A DNA stretch of 64,000 bases, from NCBI GenBank assembly GCA_003246895.1, contig QKCL01000013.1, forward strand, positions 4,363-68,362. The letters run 5' to 3'. Each line of letters begins with the position of its first letter. Position 1 is the stretch's first letter. Under the pieces are notes generated by a model that saw only the letters and a list, made by a program, of their open reading frames with translations, ran no database searches and was not told the DNA's origin. The position numbers were made by a program, and so were the translations under genes. Shown here piece after piece: positions 25,838-36,822 of this stretch. Origin of the DNA: Spirochaetota bacterium (GTDB taxonomy: Bacteria > Spirochaetota > UBA4802 > UBA5550).

Positions 25838-28009
25838 ATGACACCTTCGAAATTCATGCTCAGAGTTGCCAACCTGACACTTGATGTACTCTTTAAATCT
25901 GCTGATACAGATATCCGTGTTCATGGGCTGGAGAATGTTCCGGACAAAAACGTTCTCTATGTGGTAAATCATTTCACAAGAATAGAAACTGCAATAATTC
26001 CCCATGCCCTAAAAAAGCATCTGGGCCAGCTTTCGATCTCTCTGGCATCCCATGAATTCTTCAATGAATCATCTAAAAAATTTCTTAACAGTATAGGAGC
26101 CGTTTCTACAAAGGACCCTGACCTCGACAGAATACTAACCAGCTCCCTGCTTAAAGGAGATATGGCAGTTGTTGTATATCCAGAAGGCCAGATGATAAAG
26201 GACAAGAAACTGGTTGAGAAAGGAAAATTTCTGGTATACAATTCAGGCATAAGAAGGCCTCCCCACACCGGCGCAGCACGGATTGCACTGAGGGTCGAAC
26301 TTCTCCGCCAGGCCATAAAAAAATTTCATGAAAACGGCCATGATTCTGAAATAAAAAAAATATTCAGTAAATTTGACCTGAAGAACCGTGACCTCACCGG
26401 CATAATAATGGGCACAACACAGATTGTACCTGTAAACATAACCTATTACCCCATAAGGGCAAAAAACAATCTCATAAAAAGAGCTGTTGAATTGTTTAAG
26501 GGGGAGACAACCGGCAGATTCGCCGAAGAGCTTGAAGTTGAGGGAACCATGCTCTCCCAGGGTGTTGACATTGACATCAACTTCGGACGGCCCCTGAAGA
26601 TAAACAGATTTCTGAAAAACACGGGACTCCTGAAAAAGGCAATGGAATACACTGATGAAATGGATACCTTTGAGGCAATCAGGAAACTGTCCATACGCAA
26701 GCCTTCAATAAGACTAATGCAGAGATATATGCGGGCAATTTACGGGCTCACTACAGTCAACCATGACCATATATTTGCATACATTCTGAAGAAACATCCC
26801 CATACCAGAATCGGGGATTACGACTTCAAGAACCGTGCTTCCCTTGCCATTGAGCGGATAAGAATGCAGAAAGTTAACAATTTTCATACAACTCTTGTGA
26901 AAGGTGATGAAAACATAGGTGCGGATATTTTTCATGAGAAGTACCAGAGTTTCATTGATGAATGTGTCCGTAACGGGCTCGTCGAAATGGACGGCCATGT
27001 AATAGTAAAAAACAGGAAAAAGTTTTCATCCACATTTGCATTTCACAGAATCAGGAAGGATAATTTTCTCGAGGTCCTCTGCAATGAAATAGAGCCGCTC
27101 AGTGAACTCATGAGCATTCTGCGCAGAATAATGATACTCCCTCCACTTATCATAAAGATGCAGATTAAAAAAACTTTTCTGAAACTGGATAAAGACATTT
27201 TCCATGAAGACTACAGGGTAAATATGATTGAAGGAGAATCCAAGCCTCCCTGCATCGGAGAACCTTTTTTCTTTAAGAGCCCGTTCAACAGACACGGCGT
27301 GATTCTCATACACGGATACATGTCTGCTCCTGAGGAGGTCCGGCAGCTGGCAGAGAAGATACACAGCGCCGGATATGCCGTATACGCTGTACGTCTCAGG
27401 GGCCATGGGACATCACCCGAAGACCTTGCAGGCAGAAACTGGAAGGAATGGAATGAGTCGGTGAACAGGGGATATGTAATAATGAAAAATTCTGTAAAGG
27501 ACTTCGCGGTTGCTGGTTTCTCCACCGGTGCCGGACTTGCCCTTCTTCAGGCTGCGAAGAAACCTGACAAATTCAGAGGCGTCATATCCATAAGCGCGCC
27601 GCTAAAGCTAAACGACATTAGGGCCCATTTTTCCGGAGCTGTAACTCTATACAACAATCTGCTTAAACGTTTCCACATTGAAAAGGGTAAAAAGGATTTT
27701 GTCCCCAACGAACCGGAAAACCCGCAGATAAACTATTTCAGAAACCCCATTTCTGGAACCCACGAACTGGGTAAACTTATGGATGTCGTAAACCGAAACC
27801 TGAAAAAAATTAAAATACCCGCACTCATAATACAGGGTGACCATGACCCCACAGTAAATCCTGAAAGTGCTGAAAAAATCTATAGTAAAATCGGTTCTAC
27901 GAAAAAAGAACTGGTTTATATTTCATCTGAAAAACACGGAATAATAAGGGACGACAAACTTGAAGATGCAGCTCCCCATGTACTGAAATTTTTAAAAGAA
28001 ATTTTTTAA
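25838..28009 (+). CDS. Fusion protein: N-terminal PlsC-like acyltransferase domain, a central region of unknown function, and a C-terminal alpha/beta-hydrolase (esterase/lysophospholipase-like).
   Basis: Acyltransferase block VNHFTRIET (an H-x4-E variant of HX4D) plus VYPEGQ. Hydrolase nucleophile elbow GFSTGAG, HGYMSAPEE, and QGDHDPTV with the catalytic Asp/His region. The start was set at Met 19 of the ORF, right after the NUDIX stop. Confidence 0.65.
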   Translation: MTPSKFMLRVANLTLDVLFKSADTDIRVHGLENVPDKNVLYVVNHFTRIETAIIPHALKKHLGQLSISLASHEFFNESSKKFLNSIGAVSTKDPDLDRILTSSLLKGDMAVVVYPEGQMIKDKKLVEKGKFLVYNSGIRRPPHTGAARIALRVELLRQAIKKFHENGHDSEIKKIFSKFDLKNRDLTGIIMGTTQIVPVNITYYPIRAKNNLIKRAVELFKGETTGRFAEELEVEGTMLSQGVDIDINFGRPLKINRFLKNTGLLKKAMEYTDEMDTFEAIRKLSIRKPSIRLMQRYMRAIYGLTTVNHDHIFAYILKKHPHTRIGDYDFKNRASLAIERIRMQKVNNFHTTLVKGDENIGADIFHEKYQSFIDECVRNGLVEMDGHVIVKNRKKFSSTFAFHRIRKDNFLEVLCNEIEPLSELMSILRRIMILPPLIIKMQIKKTFLKLDKDIFHEDYRVNMIEGESKPPCIGEPFFFKSPFNRHGVILIHGYMSAPEEVRQLAEKIHSAGYAVYAVRLRGHGTSPEDLAGRNWKEWNESVNRGYVIMKNSVKDFAVAGFSTGAGLALLQAAKKPDKFRGVISISAPLKLNDIRAHFSGAVTLYNNLLKRFHIEKGKKDFVPNEPENPQINYFRNPISGTHELGKLMDVVNRNLKKIKIPALIIQGDHDPTVNPESAEKIYSKIGSTKKELVYISSEKHGIIRDDKLEDAAPHVLKFLKEIF

Positions 28010-28882
28010 AAATTTTCCGGATTCATTTTTTATTTTCTCAAATTTTCTTTCAACCTTAATAAATGCTCCTGTAAAAAATGCAGGTGCAACATCTGTAATA
28101 TAATAATCTGGAATATATCCTGTCATATAATTATAAAAATAAAAAACTAAAATCCCTATAGTAATTACAATTGTTGTAAGTGGATTTGCCTGATTACTGC
28201 TTAGCTTCCTACTAAAGAGATCTTTATATTGAGAAATTCTTTTGTTTACCTCAATTGAATTTTCAGCTTTACCCGGCAGGGGGAGAGCCTTTAGCAGAAC
28301 ACTCAGATAAATAATAATGTAAAACATTATACCGGTAATAAAAAAGATAGATATAACATTACTAAACTTAAGATTAAGGATTCTCTCTTCAGGCAGATCA
28401 TGTGTTACAATTCTTTTTAAATTAAAAAACTCAATAAAGGTCAACATAAAGATATTGATGCAGTAAAGAATCAGTTTATTTTTCTTTTTAATTTTCTTTA
28501 ACACTACTGCACTATACACTACCGGAATTACAGGAATAAGCAAAATAACATCCACAATTTCATGATTCATAAACCCCAGATTCAGAAACAGTGAATATAT
28601 GTATATCATGGAAATAATATGTATGACCCTTTCATTAACTTTCGGCAGAATTTCCTTCTGAAACAAAAAAACTATACCAACCATCAATGCAAAAGGAAAT
28701 ACCAGAAATGAATTATTAATAGAGTGAACTGCGTTGTATTTCCCCGGGAACAACGAAATTAGCACAGAAAAACTAACAACTATAATGGTATTTTTAGAGA
28801 ACAGACGAAACCGTAAACTTATCACACTATAGAAAAATACTGAAAATGTCATTATTAAACCAATCTGTTTTTCAACGTCCAT
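27992..28882 (-). CDS. Polytopic membrane protein, hypothetical.
   Basis: 296 aa with at least 8 hydrophobic helices. No motif recognised. Confidence 0.45.
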   Translation of the reverse strand: MDVEKQIGLIMTFSVFFYSVISLRFRLFSKNTIIVVSFSVLISLFPGKYNAVHSINNSFLVFPFALMVGIVFLFQKEILPKVNERVIHIISMIYIYSLFLNLGFMNHEIVDVILLIPVIPVVYSAVVLKKIKKKNKLILYCINIFMLTFIEFFNLKRIVTHDLPEERILNLKFSNVISIFFITGIMFYIIIYLSVLLKALPLPGKAENSIEVNKRISQYKDLFSRKLSSNQANPLTTIVITIGILVFYFYNYMTGYIPDYYITDVAPAFFTGAFIKVERKFEKIKNESGKFLKNFF

Positions 28883-29029
28883 TCAGTTCCCCGCAAGTAG
28901 TTCTAAAAAATCTATATTATGGAGCACCCGGTTTTACTACACTTTTTTACTTCGGTTCAGAAAAAGTGTGGTAAATAACTAAACATAAAACTTTTGTTAT
29001 TATAATAATAAATTACTTGAGGTATATCC

Positions 29030-29227
29030 ATGGACAAAAAACAGCACAACTGTCCGAAATGTCCCTTCAGGGCAAAATACGACAGAAATACTTCATCTTT
29101 CCTGGGGAAGATATGGAGGTGGCACGCGAACTGGTGCCCTGGATGGAAAAAGTACATGTATTCACTCAGTGATAATGAAAGAAATGAAATTGCCCTGAAG
29201 TACGGCATGGAAAAATTCAGAAGATAA
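29030..29227 (+). CDS. Small Cys/Trp-rich hypothetical protein (65 aa).
   Basis: CPKCP...WHANWCPGW. No RBS is evident, so coding status is uncertain. Confidence 0.3.
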   Translation: MDKKQHNCPKCPFRAKYDRNTSSFLGKIWRWHANWCPGWKKYMYSLSDNERNEIALKYGMEKFRR

Positions 29228-29307
29228 GTTTTTCACAAATTCTCCCTCCCTGAACTGTATACTGACAAAGCTGACTGTTTTCTGTTTACACAAGCCCGCA
29301 ACAGCTC

Positions 29308-29964
29308 TCAGCACGTGTCAGTCTTAAATACCGATTCTATGAGCTTATAACCTGTAACACCCAGAACTATCGCCGTGAATTTATCAAAATAATATGCTCT
29401 GCTCTTGAACATCATCCGTATACGCTTATGGGAGAGAACAGTAATTATAAATGCATCCCAGAGGAAAACAACACATGTCATCCAGATACCCAGAAACAGT
29501 TTAACCCATAGACTCACATAACCGGTCAGCACAAGGGAAAACAGACTTAAATAAAAGACAAGATTCTTCGGATTTGATATACCCGATGTAAAACCTGTAA
29601 TAAACTCCTTAATAAAAGAGGATTTCATCTTCCCCGATACGGATTCATCCCTGAACAGTAACTCGTAATCTTCCATTTTAGCTCTTACTGCCGAACAAGC
29701 AAGATATATAAGGAAGATTCCACCGCAAATTTTTAGTGCTTTCATTATGATAACGGCTTCCGCAAGAATCTTTCCCAGCCCTATTATACATAATGAGATA
29801 TAAACACCATTTGCGGAAGCGATGCCGAATGCTATGCCGATTGCATTCCTCTTCTCATTCCGTATCCCGCTTTTAACAACCAGTAAAAAATCAGGACCCG
29901 GACTCAGAAGGGCAAGAAAATGTGCAGCAACAGCTGTAATAATAAGTGTACCGGAATTTGACAT
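29308..29964 (-). CDS. LysE/RhtB-family amino-acid exporter.
   Basis: N-terminal AHFLALLSPGPDFLLVV motif. 218 aa with 6 TM segments. Confidence 0.8.
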   Translation of the reverse strand: MSNSGTLIITAVAAHFLALLSPGPDFLLVVKSGIRNEKRNAIGIAFGIASANGVYISLCIIGLGKILAEAVIIMKALKICGGIFLIYLACSAVRAKMEDYELLFRDESVSGKMKSSFIKEFITGFTSGISNPKNLVFYLSLFSLVLTGYVSLWVKLFLGIWMTCVVFLWDAFIITVLSHKRIRMMFKSRAYYFDKFTAIVLGVTGYKLIESVFKTDTC

Positions 29965-30231
29965 AATAAATCACCTGACTTATTATAATCTCAGTTTTTT
30001 CTTGCACGATAGAATAATCTTGCTATAATAAAAAAATAATATGGTTATCCATGAAAACCGACAGAACAGTTTATTCGGATTTTCATTTCTATATAGCCGG
30101 CATGTATTCATTTAGAATTATTCATGCCGGAACAGGGTTAGATTCCTGATTTTTCATATCTCATATATTTGGAATTGACTTATTGTAAAATCCCTGTACC
30201 TGTTCATACATCAGTAAAACCGGGTTTGTTG

Positions 30232-31635
30232 ATGAAAAATATATTTTACATATTATGCATTTTATCCCTTTTCTCCTGCACCATGTATAAACCCATGGAG
30301 AGAAAGCTCAATGCAGATCTGCCTGAAAAGTTCGAGCTCTACAGTGAAGGAGAGGCAGACTCCGGAAAGTGGTGGAAATCCATTAAATCGGGGCAGCTTG
30401 ATATTCTCATCGAAGAGAGCCTCCGAAACAACCTGACAGTTCTGCAGGCCTTCGCTTCTGTGCAGAAAGCATGGGCAGTGTCCATAAAGGAAGGATCTGA
30501 AAAATTCCCAACGCTTGAATACCAAGGCAGCTCCTCCATTGCACGGACAAAGGAAAACAACACACAGGGGAAAAAAGAGACAAGGTCATACTCCGCCGGA
30601 CTTGCAGCCAGCTATGAAATTGACCTCTGGGGAAGGATAAGCTCCCTTGCAAAATACTCTAACTACAAATTCAAAAGTTCAGCAGAGGACCTGTTCTCTT
30701 CGGCAATATCCGTGAGCGCCGAAGTTGCCCAGACATGGTTTAAACTTATTGCAGTTGAGGCAAAGATAAGGATTCTCAGGGAACAGCTTGAAACGAATAA
30801 AATCATCGAAGAGATAACCGAACTGCGGTACAAGAGAGGCCTGTCAACGGCTCTTGATGTTTTCCAGCAGAGACAGACAGTAGCCTCTATTATGACAAAA
30901 TTTCCCCTCTACGAGAATGAGAAGATAAAGCTCTTCTACCAGCTTTCCCTGCTCCTGGGAAGAAACCCCAAAAGCGGCTTTCTGGAAATACCTGCAGAAT
31001 TCCCGAAAATGCCCGCTGTGCCCTCATCGGGCATACCGGCACATCTTCTGGCAAGGCGCCCGGATGTACGCAAGGCAGGCTATGACCTGAAATCCGCAGA
31101 CTGGTATGTGAGTTCGGCAAAGGCCGACAGGCTTCCGGCCCTGAGGCTTACAGCTTCATATTCCTTTCAGTCTGACCGCGCGCCTGAACTCTTCGACAAC
31201 TGGATAGCCAATCTTGCGGCCGGACTCACAGGACCCATTTTCAACGGCGGCTATAAAAAGGCGGAGGTCATGCGGGCACGGTTTGAAGCTAATGAAAAAC
31301 TCGCTGCATACAGAGCCGCCGTACTGGGTGCAATCTCCGAAGTACAGGGTGCACTTGTGACTGACAAAAAACAGAAAGAGTACATGGATGCCCTGGAAAA
31401 ACAGTATGAAGCCGCCTCTATAACATATAACGAAGCCATTGAATACTACAGAAGAAGCGCCACAGACTATATAAACGTACTCACAGCCCTGAACACAAAG
31501 CAGGGGCTTGAACTCACACGTATCGATGCAAAACTTGACTACTGCCTGAACAGAATCTCTCTCTACAGATCACTGGGAGGAACTTGGATGATGGAACAGT
31601 ACAGAATAAAAACCGGATACAGGGACAGAAACTGA
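30232..31635 (+). CDS. Outer-membrane efflux lipoprotein (TolC/NodT-like OMF).
   Basis: Lipoprotein signal ILSLFSCT. Two OEP repeats. The start was set to the internal Met (MKNIF...). Confidence 0.8.
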   Translation: MKNIFYILCILSLFSCTMYKPMERKLNADLPEKFELYSEGEADSGKWWKSIKSGQLDILIEESLRNNLTVLQAFASVQKAWAVSIKEGSEKFPTLEYQGSSSIARTKENNTQGKKETRSYSAGLAASYEIDLWGRISSLAKYSNYKFKSSAEDLFSSAISVSAEVAQTWFKLIAVEAKIRILREQLETNKIIEEITELRYKRGLSTALDVFQQRQTVASIMTKFPLYENEKIKLFYQLSLLLGRNPKSGFLEIPAEFPKMPAVPSSGIPAHLLARRPDVRKAGYDLKSADWYVSSAKADRLPALRLTASYSFQSDRAPELFDNWIANLAAGLTGPIFNGGYKKAEVMRARFEANEKLAAYRAAVLGAISEVQGALVTDKKQKEYMDALEKQYEAASITYNEAIEYYRRSATDYINVLTALNTKQGLELTRIDAKLDYCLNRISLYRSLGGTWMMEQYRIKTGYRDRN

Positions 31636-32837
31636 TGGATAACATGAAGATGAAAAAGAGACTTCCCCTTATAATGCTGGGAATAGCAATACTCGTTGTT
31701 TCAGTGGGGATCTCAAAATACTTTTTATCCAGCAAAAAAAAACCGGGCAGAAAACCGCCCGCATCCTATGTGCCCTCAGTTGAGGTAATAAAAATAAAGC
31801 CCTCAGGCACATTTATAAACATACCGGCCATGGGTAAAATAGAGGCTGACGAAAAAGTTTCCCTGAAATGCCAGGTTTCGGGAAAGATAACCTGGACTTC
31901 TCCAAAACTCACAGACGGCGGGATATTCAGAAAAGATGAAACAATACTGAAACTTGATGCGCGGGATTATGAACTTGCACTGACTCAGCAGCTTGCTGTT
32001 CTGGAAAATGCCAAATATGAACTCGCCCTTGAACAGGGGCAGCAGGATCTGGCCAGAAGGCAGTGGGAACTGCTGGGGAAAAACCTGAAATCAACGGAAC
32101 TTGAAAAGAGACTCGCCCTCAGGGCGCCCCACCTGAAACAGAAACTGGCATCCCTCAGCTCCGCAGAAGCCTCCGTAAAACAGGCACGCATAAATCTGGA
32201 AAGAACTGTCATTAAGGCTCCATTCAACTGCATAGTCAGCAGTGTCCAGGTATCAAGGGGTGATATCGCTTCAACAGGATCGACTCTTGCTGTAATAACA
32301 AATATTGACTCATACGATCTGGTCGCTTCGGTTCCCATTGACTCTGTTAAATGGATATCCTTCCCGTCCTGGGGCAAATCAGGTTCACCGGTAACTCTGA
32401 AGTCCGGTTCAGGCAAGTCCTACTCAGGTTCTGTGAAAAAACTTCACAGCGCACTGGAGGATGAGGGAAGGATGGCAAGGATCACAGTTGCAATACATGA
32501 TCCGCTGGGATTTTTGCGATCCGGCCGCCGCATAAAGGATTCTCTTCTCATAGGAGAATACATCTCCTCCACTGTAAAAGGAGCATACATCGGCGGAATA
32601 ACGAAAATACCTGTTCAGAGTATACATGACGGAGACACAATCTGGGTCACAGACAGTCAGGACAGGCTTTCCCTAGTTACTGTCAGATCAATCTGGCGTG
32701 ACAATGACTTCATATATGCCGACAACCTGAAGGGTGACCTTGAGCTGATAATTTCAGACATAGCAACACCTGTAAACGGACTGAAACTCAATGTTCTGAG
32801 AGAGAAAAAGAAACTTTCCATGGATAAAAAACTATGA
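31635..32837 (+). CDS. RND efflux periplasmic adaptor (MFP/HlyD family).
   Basis: N-terminal TM segment, coiled-coil hairpin, lipoyl and beta-barrel segments. TGATG start/stop overlap with the OMF gene. Confidence 0.8.
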   Translation: MDNMKMKKRLPLIMLGIAILVVSVGISKYFLSSKKKPGRKPPASYVPSVEVIKIKPSGTFINIPAMGKIEADEKVSLKCQVSGKITWTSPKLTDGGIFRKDETILKLDARDYELALTQQLAVLENAKYELALEQGQQDLARRQWELLGKNLKSTELEKRLALRAPHLKQKLASLSSAEASVKQARINLERTVIKAPFNCIVSSVQVSRGDIASTGSTLAVITNIDSYDLVASVPIDSVKWISFPSWGKSGSPVTLKSGSGKSYSGSVKKLHSALEDEGRMARITVAIHDPLGFLRSGRRIKDSLLIGEYISSTVKGAYIGGITKIPVQSIHDGDTIWVTDSQDRLSLVTVRSIWRDNDFIYADNLKGDLELIISDIATPVNGLKLNVLREKKKLSMDKKL

Positions 32838-35800
32838 GCATAAAGGACCGCGGAATCATAGCATGGATGGTGAACAATTCGGTCACCGCAAATCTGATCA
32901 TGCTAATCCTTCTCATAGGAGGAATCCTCTCCCTTAACATTATAAAGCAGGAAGTCTTTCCGGAGATTGAGTCTGACACTGTGCAGATTTCTGTTTCATA
33001 CCCGGGAGCATCTCCTGAGGAAATCGAGAATGGAATAATTCAGCCCGTAGAAAATGCAATCTCCGGCCTGGATGGAATAAAGGAGATCACATCCACAGCT
33101 TCTGAAAATTCCGCAATCATTTACGCGGAACTTCTTTCAGGAGCTGACCAGAGAAAGGCACTGCAGAACATAAAGGATGAGGTGGACGGAATTACCACTT
33201 TCCCGGGAGATGCAGAGGATCCGGTTGTAAAAATGGTATCGAGAAAGCGGCACGTTGTGTCTTTCATACTCTACGGCGATGTATCAGACAGGGTTCTCCA
33301 TCACACAGCTGAAATAATAAAGGACATGCTCCTTGATGATGAAAAAATAAACCAGGTTGAGTTTGTAGGAGTGAGGGACTATGAAATAAGCATTGAGGTT
33401 TCCCAGGAAAATCTCAGACGGTACAACACCACACTGGGAAAACTCTCCGACATAATAAGCTCTTCCACAATTGAAATTCCGGGCGGAGGGATAAAGACCA
33501 AGGGCGGAGAAATTCTGCTCAGGGTAAATGAAAGAAGAGACTACGGAAGGGAATTTGCCGAACTTCCTGTAATAACCACAAAGAACGGTTCAGTTATTAA
33601 GCTCGGTGAAATAGCGAAGATTAAGGACGGATACGAGGATACAGATTCCTTTGCCCTCTACAACAGCAAGCCCTCTGTGGAAATACAGGTCTATTCACTT
33701 GAAACAGAGAAACCCATAGCTGTGGCAGATGCCGCAAAGAGCAAGGTTGAGGAGATCTCAAAGATTCTCCCCCCCGGCCTGAAACTTGAAGTTCGCTATG
33801 ACAGGTCAGACATCTTCAAACAGAGGATAGTACTGCTTCTGTCCAACGGAGCGATGGGACTTGTTCTTGTAATTCTTGTTCTGGGAATATTTCTGGAGTT
33901 CAGGCTTGCATTCTGGGTAATGATGGGCATACCGATTTCTTTCCTGGGGTCACTTTTGTTTCTTCCGGCCCTTGGATCGTCCATAAACATGATTACGCTA
34001 TTCGCATACATAATTGCACTGGGTATTGTCGTTGATGACGCCATCGTAATAGGTGAAAATATTTACCACTACCGCCAGTCGGGCATGTCCGCAATCGAAG
34101 CGTCAATAAAGGGAGCAAGGGAACTGGCAGTACCTGTTGTATTCAGCATTCTCACAAACATAGTGGCATTTCTTCCTATCAGTTATATTCCCGGCGAAAT
34201 GGGAAAAATATTCGGCATGATCCCGGTAATAGTAATTACTGTTTTTCTTATTTCGCTTTTTGAATCGATTTTCATTCTCCCTGCACATCTTGCCCATTCA
34301 CACAGAACTGAACGCAGCGGAATAAGAGCCACTATTCACTCTCTCCAGCAGAGGTTCAGTACAGCATTCCACAGATGGGTGCGTGAAAAATTCGGGCCAT
34401 TTCTCGGGTTCACCCTTCACCACAGATACCTTACACTGCTTATCAGCCTGAGCATACTCGTAATATCTGTTTCGTATGCCCTTTCGGGCAGAATGGGTTT
34501 CACACTTTTCCCCCGTGTGGAGTCTGATTATTCAAGAGCCACTATTGTCATGCCATACGGTACTCCTGTCGAAAAGACACTTGCTACCGCAAAACTTGTT
34601 GTTAAGGGGGCGGAGAAGACCATTGCCGGCATCGGTTCCAATGAACTTGTAAAAGGTATTTTTACAGAGATCGGATCAGGCGGCAGCCACAACGTATCAA
34701 TCAGGGTATTCCTTGCTGACCCTGAAATACGGAACAAAATAATAAGCAACCAGGAATTCACAGCCCGATGGAGAAAAAATGTCGGAAACCTCACTGGAAT
34801 TGATACCATAAAATTTCAGTCCGATTCCGGCGGGCCAGGTTCCGGCTCCTCACTTACAATTCAGCTCAACCACAGGGATATTAAGACACTGGAGCAGGCA
34901 AGTACGCAACTTGCCTATGAACTGAGCAAATTCTCCATGGTCCAGGATATTGATGACGGATTCCAGAACGGAAAGGAGCAAATCAGCTTCAAAACAGGTA
35001 CAGAGGCAAAATCACTTGGCCTTACTCCACAGTACATTGCCCGGGAGATACGAAATGCCTATTACGGCAAGGAGGTTCTCAGCCAGCAGAGGGGCAGAAA
35101 CGAGCTCAAGGTCATGCTGAGGCTCCCGGAAAAGGACAGAAAAAATGAATACAGTATTGGAAACCTTGTCCTGATTTCTCCCTCGGGCAAGGAGGTTTAC
35201 CTGAAAGATGTCGTCAGGTTTGAACGGGGCCGCGCCTATACTGAAATAAACCATTCCCAGGGCAGAAGGGTCATAAAGGTAGAGGCCGATGTAGTTCCCA
35301 GGGAAAAGACAGATGAAATTATTGCAGAGCTGAAGGAGCGGATTCTTCCGGAACTGACTGAAAAATACTCGGGCCTTAAGTATACATTTGAAGGTAGGCA
35401 GGCGGACATAAGGGAGAGTATGGGTACCCTGAAAACAGGATTTGTCTTCGCGCTCATTGCAATTTTCACTCTCCTTGCTATACCATTTAAAAGTTATTTT
35501 CAGCCCATAATAGTCATGGTGAGCATCCCCTTCGGTATAATAGGAGCCATAATCGGCCATGTCATGCTGGGCTATCCCCTAAGCGTCATAAGCATGTTCG
35601 GAATAGTTGCCCTGTCCGGTGTGGTAGTAAATGATACACTGGTACTTGTGGATATGGCAAACAGGCTAGTACGGCATGAAAACATATCACTCGTAAAGGC
35701 CATATATGAGGCAGCCATCCAGAGGTTCAGGCCGATTATCCTTACAACGCTGACCACATTTTTCGGACTTGCACCGATGATATGGGAAACTTCCAGGCAG

Positions 35801-35938
35801 GCAAAATTTCTCATACCCATGGCAATATCTCTCGGGTTCGGTATACTATTTGCCACACTGATCACTCTCATACTCGTGCCTTCTCTTTATCTTATTCTGC
35901 ACGATATAAAAGTTTTACTGGGCAGGGAGGAAGCCTGA
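32834..35938 (+). CDS. RND efflux pump inner-membrane subunit (HAE1/AcrB-like).
   Basis: 1034 aa with 12 TM segments. TM4 motif GIVVDDAIVIGEN is of the D-D type, as in AcrB-like multidrug pumps. Confidence 0.9.
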   Translation: MSIKDRGIIAWMVNNSVTANLIMLILLIGGILSLNIIKQEVFPEIESDTVQISVSYPGASPEEIENGIIQPVENAISGLDGIKEITSTASENSAIIYAELLSGADQRKALQNIKDEVDGITTFPGDAEDPVVKMVSRKRHVVSFILYGDVSDRVLHHTAEIIKDMLLDDEKINQVEFVGVRDYEISIEVSQENLRRYNTTLGKLSDIISSSTIEIPGGGIKTKGGEILLRVNERRDYGREFAELPVITTKNGSVIKLGEIAKIKDGYEDTDSFALYNSKPSVEIQVYSLETEKPIAVADAAKSKVEEISKILPPGLKLEVRYDRSDIFKQRIVLLLSNGAMGLVLVILVLGIFLEFRLAFWVMMGIPISFLGSLLFLPALGSSINMITLFAYIIALGIVVDDAIVIGENIYHYRQSGMSAIEASIKGARELAVPVVFSILTNIVAFLPISYIPGEMGKIFGMIPVIVITVFLISLFESIFILPAHLAHSHRTERSGIRATIHSLQQRFSTAFHRWVREKFGPFLGFTLHHRYLTLLISLSILVISVSYALSGRMGFTLFPRVESDYSRATIVMPYGTPVEKTLATAKLVVKGAEKTIAGIGSNELVKGIFTEIGSGGSHNVSIRVFLADPEIRNKIISNQEFTARWRKNVGNLTGIDTIKFQSDSGGPGSGSSLTIQLNHRDIKTLEQASTQLAYELSKFSMVQDIDDGFQNGKEQISFKTGTEAKSLGLTPQYIAREIRNAYYGKEVLSQQRGRNELKVMLRLPEKDRKNEYSIGNLVLISPSGKEVYLKDVVRFERGRAYTEINHSQGRRVIKVEADVVPREKTDEIIAELKERILPELTEKYSGLKYTFEGRQADIRESMGTLKTGFVFALIAIFTLLAIPFKSYFQPIIVMVSIPFGIIGAIIGHVMLGYPLSVISMFGIVALSGVVVNDTLVLVDMANRLVRHENISLVKAIYEAAIQRFRPIILTTLTTFFGLAPMIWETSRQAKFLIPMAISLGFGILFATLITLILVPSLYLILHDIKVLLGREEA

Positions 35939-36330
35939 CAAGGCACCGCGCCCTGTCCTGTATTTCACGATATTATTTTTCACATTTAGCTATGCCGTTC
36001 ACGCCAGATCTCTGTTATCTGTTATCATTGAATTTATCACGAATAGGGTCACATTTGGTATATTTTTCATGGAGGAGAGTGCCGTGCCAAATTACTGGGA
36101 GAAAAAATCCGGAGACAGAACCTGCTATTCCAGATCCTTGACAATTAAGTTCTTGTGGGATCACATTTCGGTTCAGGCCACACCGACAATGCCGGGACCT
36201 GCAGTATAGATGAATTCTTAAACGGTACCTTTAACGAAATTGTCCGTGACGATCTCGGGGAGGAGATTCTCTGTGATATCCTGAAGTACCTCCATGAAAG
36301 GATTAGTATTCTGAAAACAGGGAGAGAATT

Positions 36331-36822
36331 ATGAAATTTCTGTATTCACACATCTGTTCTGCCATGTTTCTTGTCATGTTTCTTACAGTTGCATGCACAT
36401 CAACTTCTTCAGGGAAAAAATTCAGAACCATCTGCAGTGAAAAAATCTCCTTCAAAGAAACTGAATTTTTTAGACCCGGTTTCTGCGGCGCCGATTCATA
36501 CCGTGTGCTATCACAGGGAATCCCGGAATGGTCACTGACAGACCGCAATAAACGCAGATCAAGTTCCCTGAAAGCTGCTGTCATTGCCGCGAGATACCGC
36601 TTGATCGGCAAATTTGAAGGTGCATGCATTGAAACTTGTGTATACAACTGCCCTGATTTTACGAAGAAAAAACTCTGGCTGAAAAAAATCGCCCATGAGA
36701 TTAAAGCCTCACCCGGGAAAATCCTCTTCAAAAACTGGGACAGCAATGATCAATGCACTATTATATTTGAGTTCACCAGGCCGAAACTTAAAGGTGAATT
36801 TGATAAATGCGGTGAAGAGTAA
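36331..36822 (+). CDS. Hypothetical lipoprotein.
   Basis: Signal peptide with lipobox LTVACTS. 163 aa. RBS GGGAGAG. Confidence 0.45.
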   Translation: MKFLYSHICSAMFLVMFLTVACTSTSSGKKFRTICSEKISFKETEFFRPGFCGADSYRVLSQGIPEWSLTDRNKRRSSSLKAAVIAARYRLIGKFEGACIETCVYNCPDFTKKKLWLKKIAHEIKASPGKILFKNWDSNDQCTIIFEFTRPKLKGEFDKCGEE

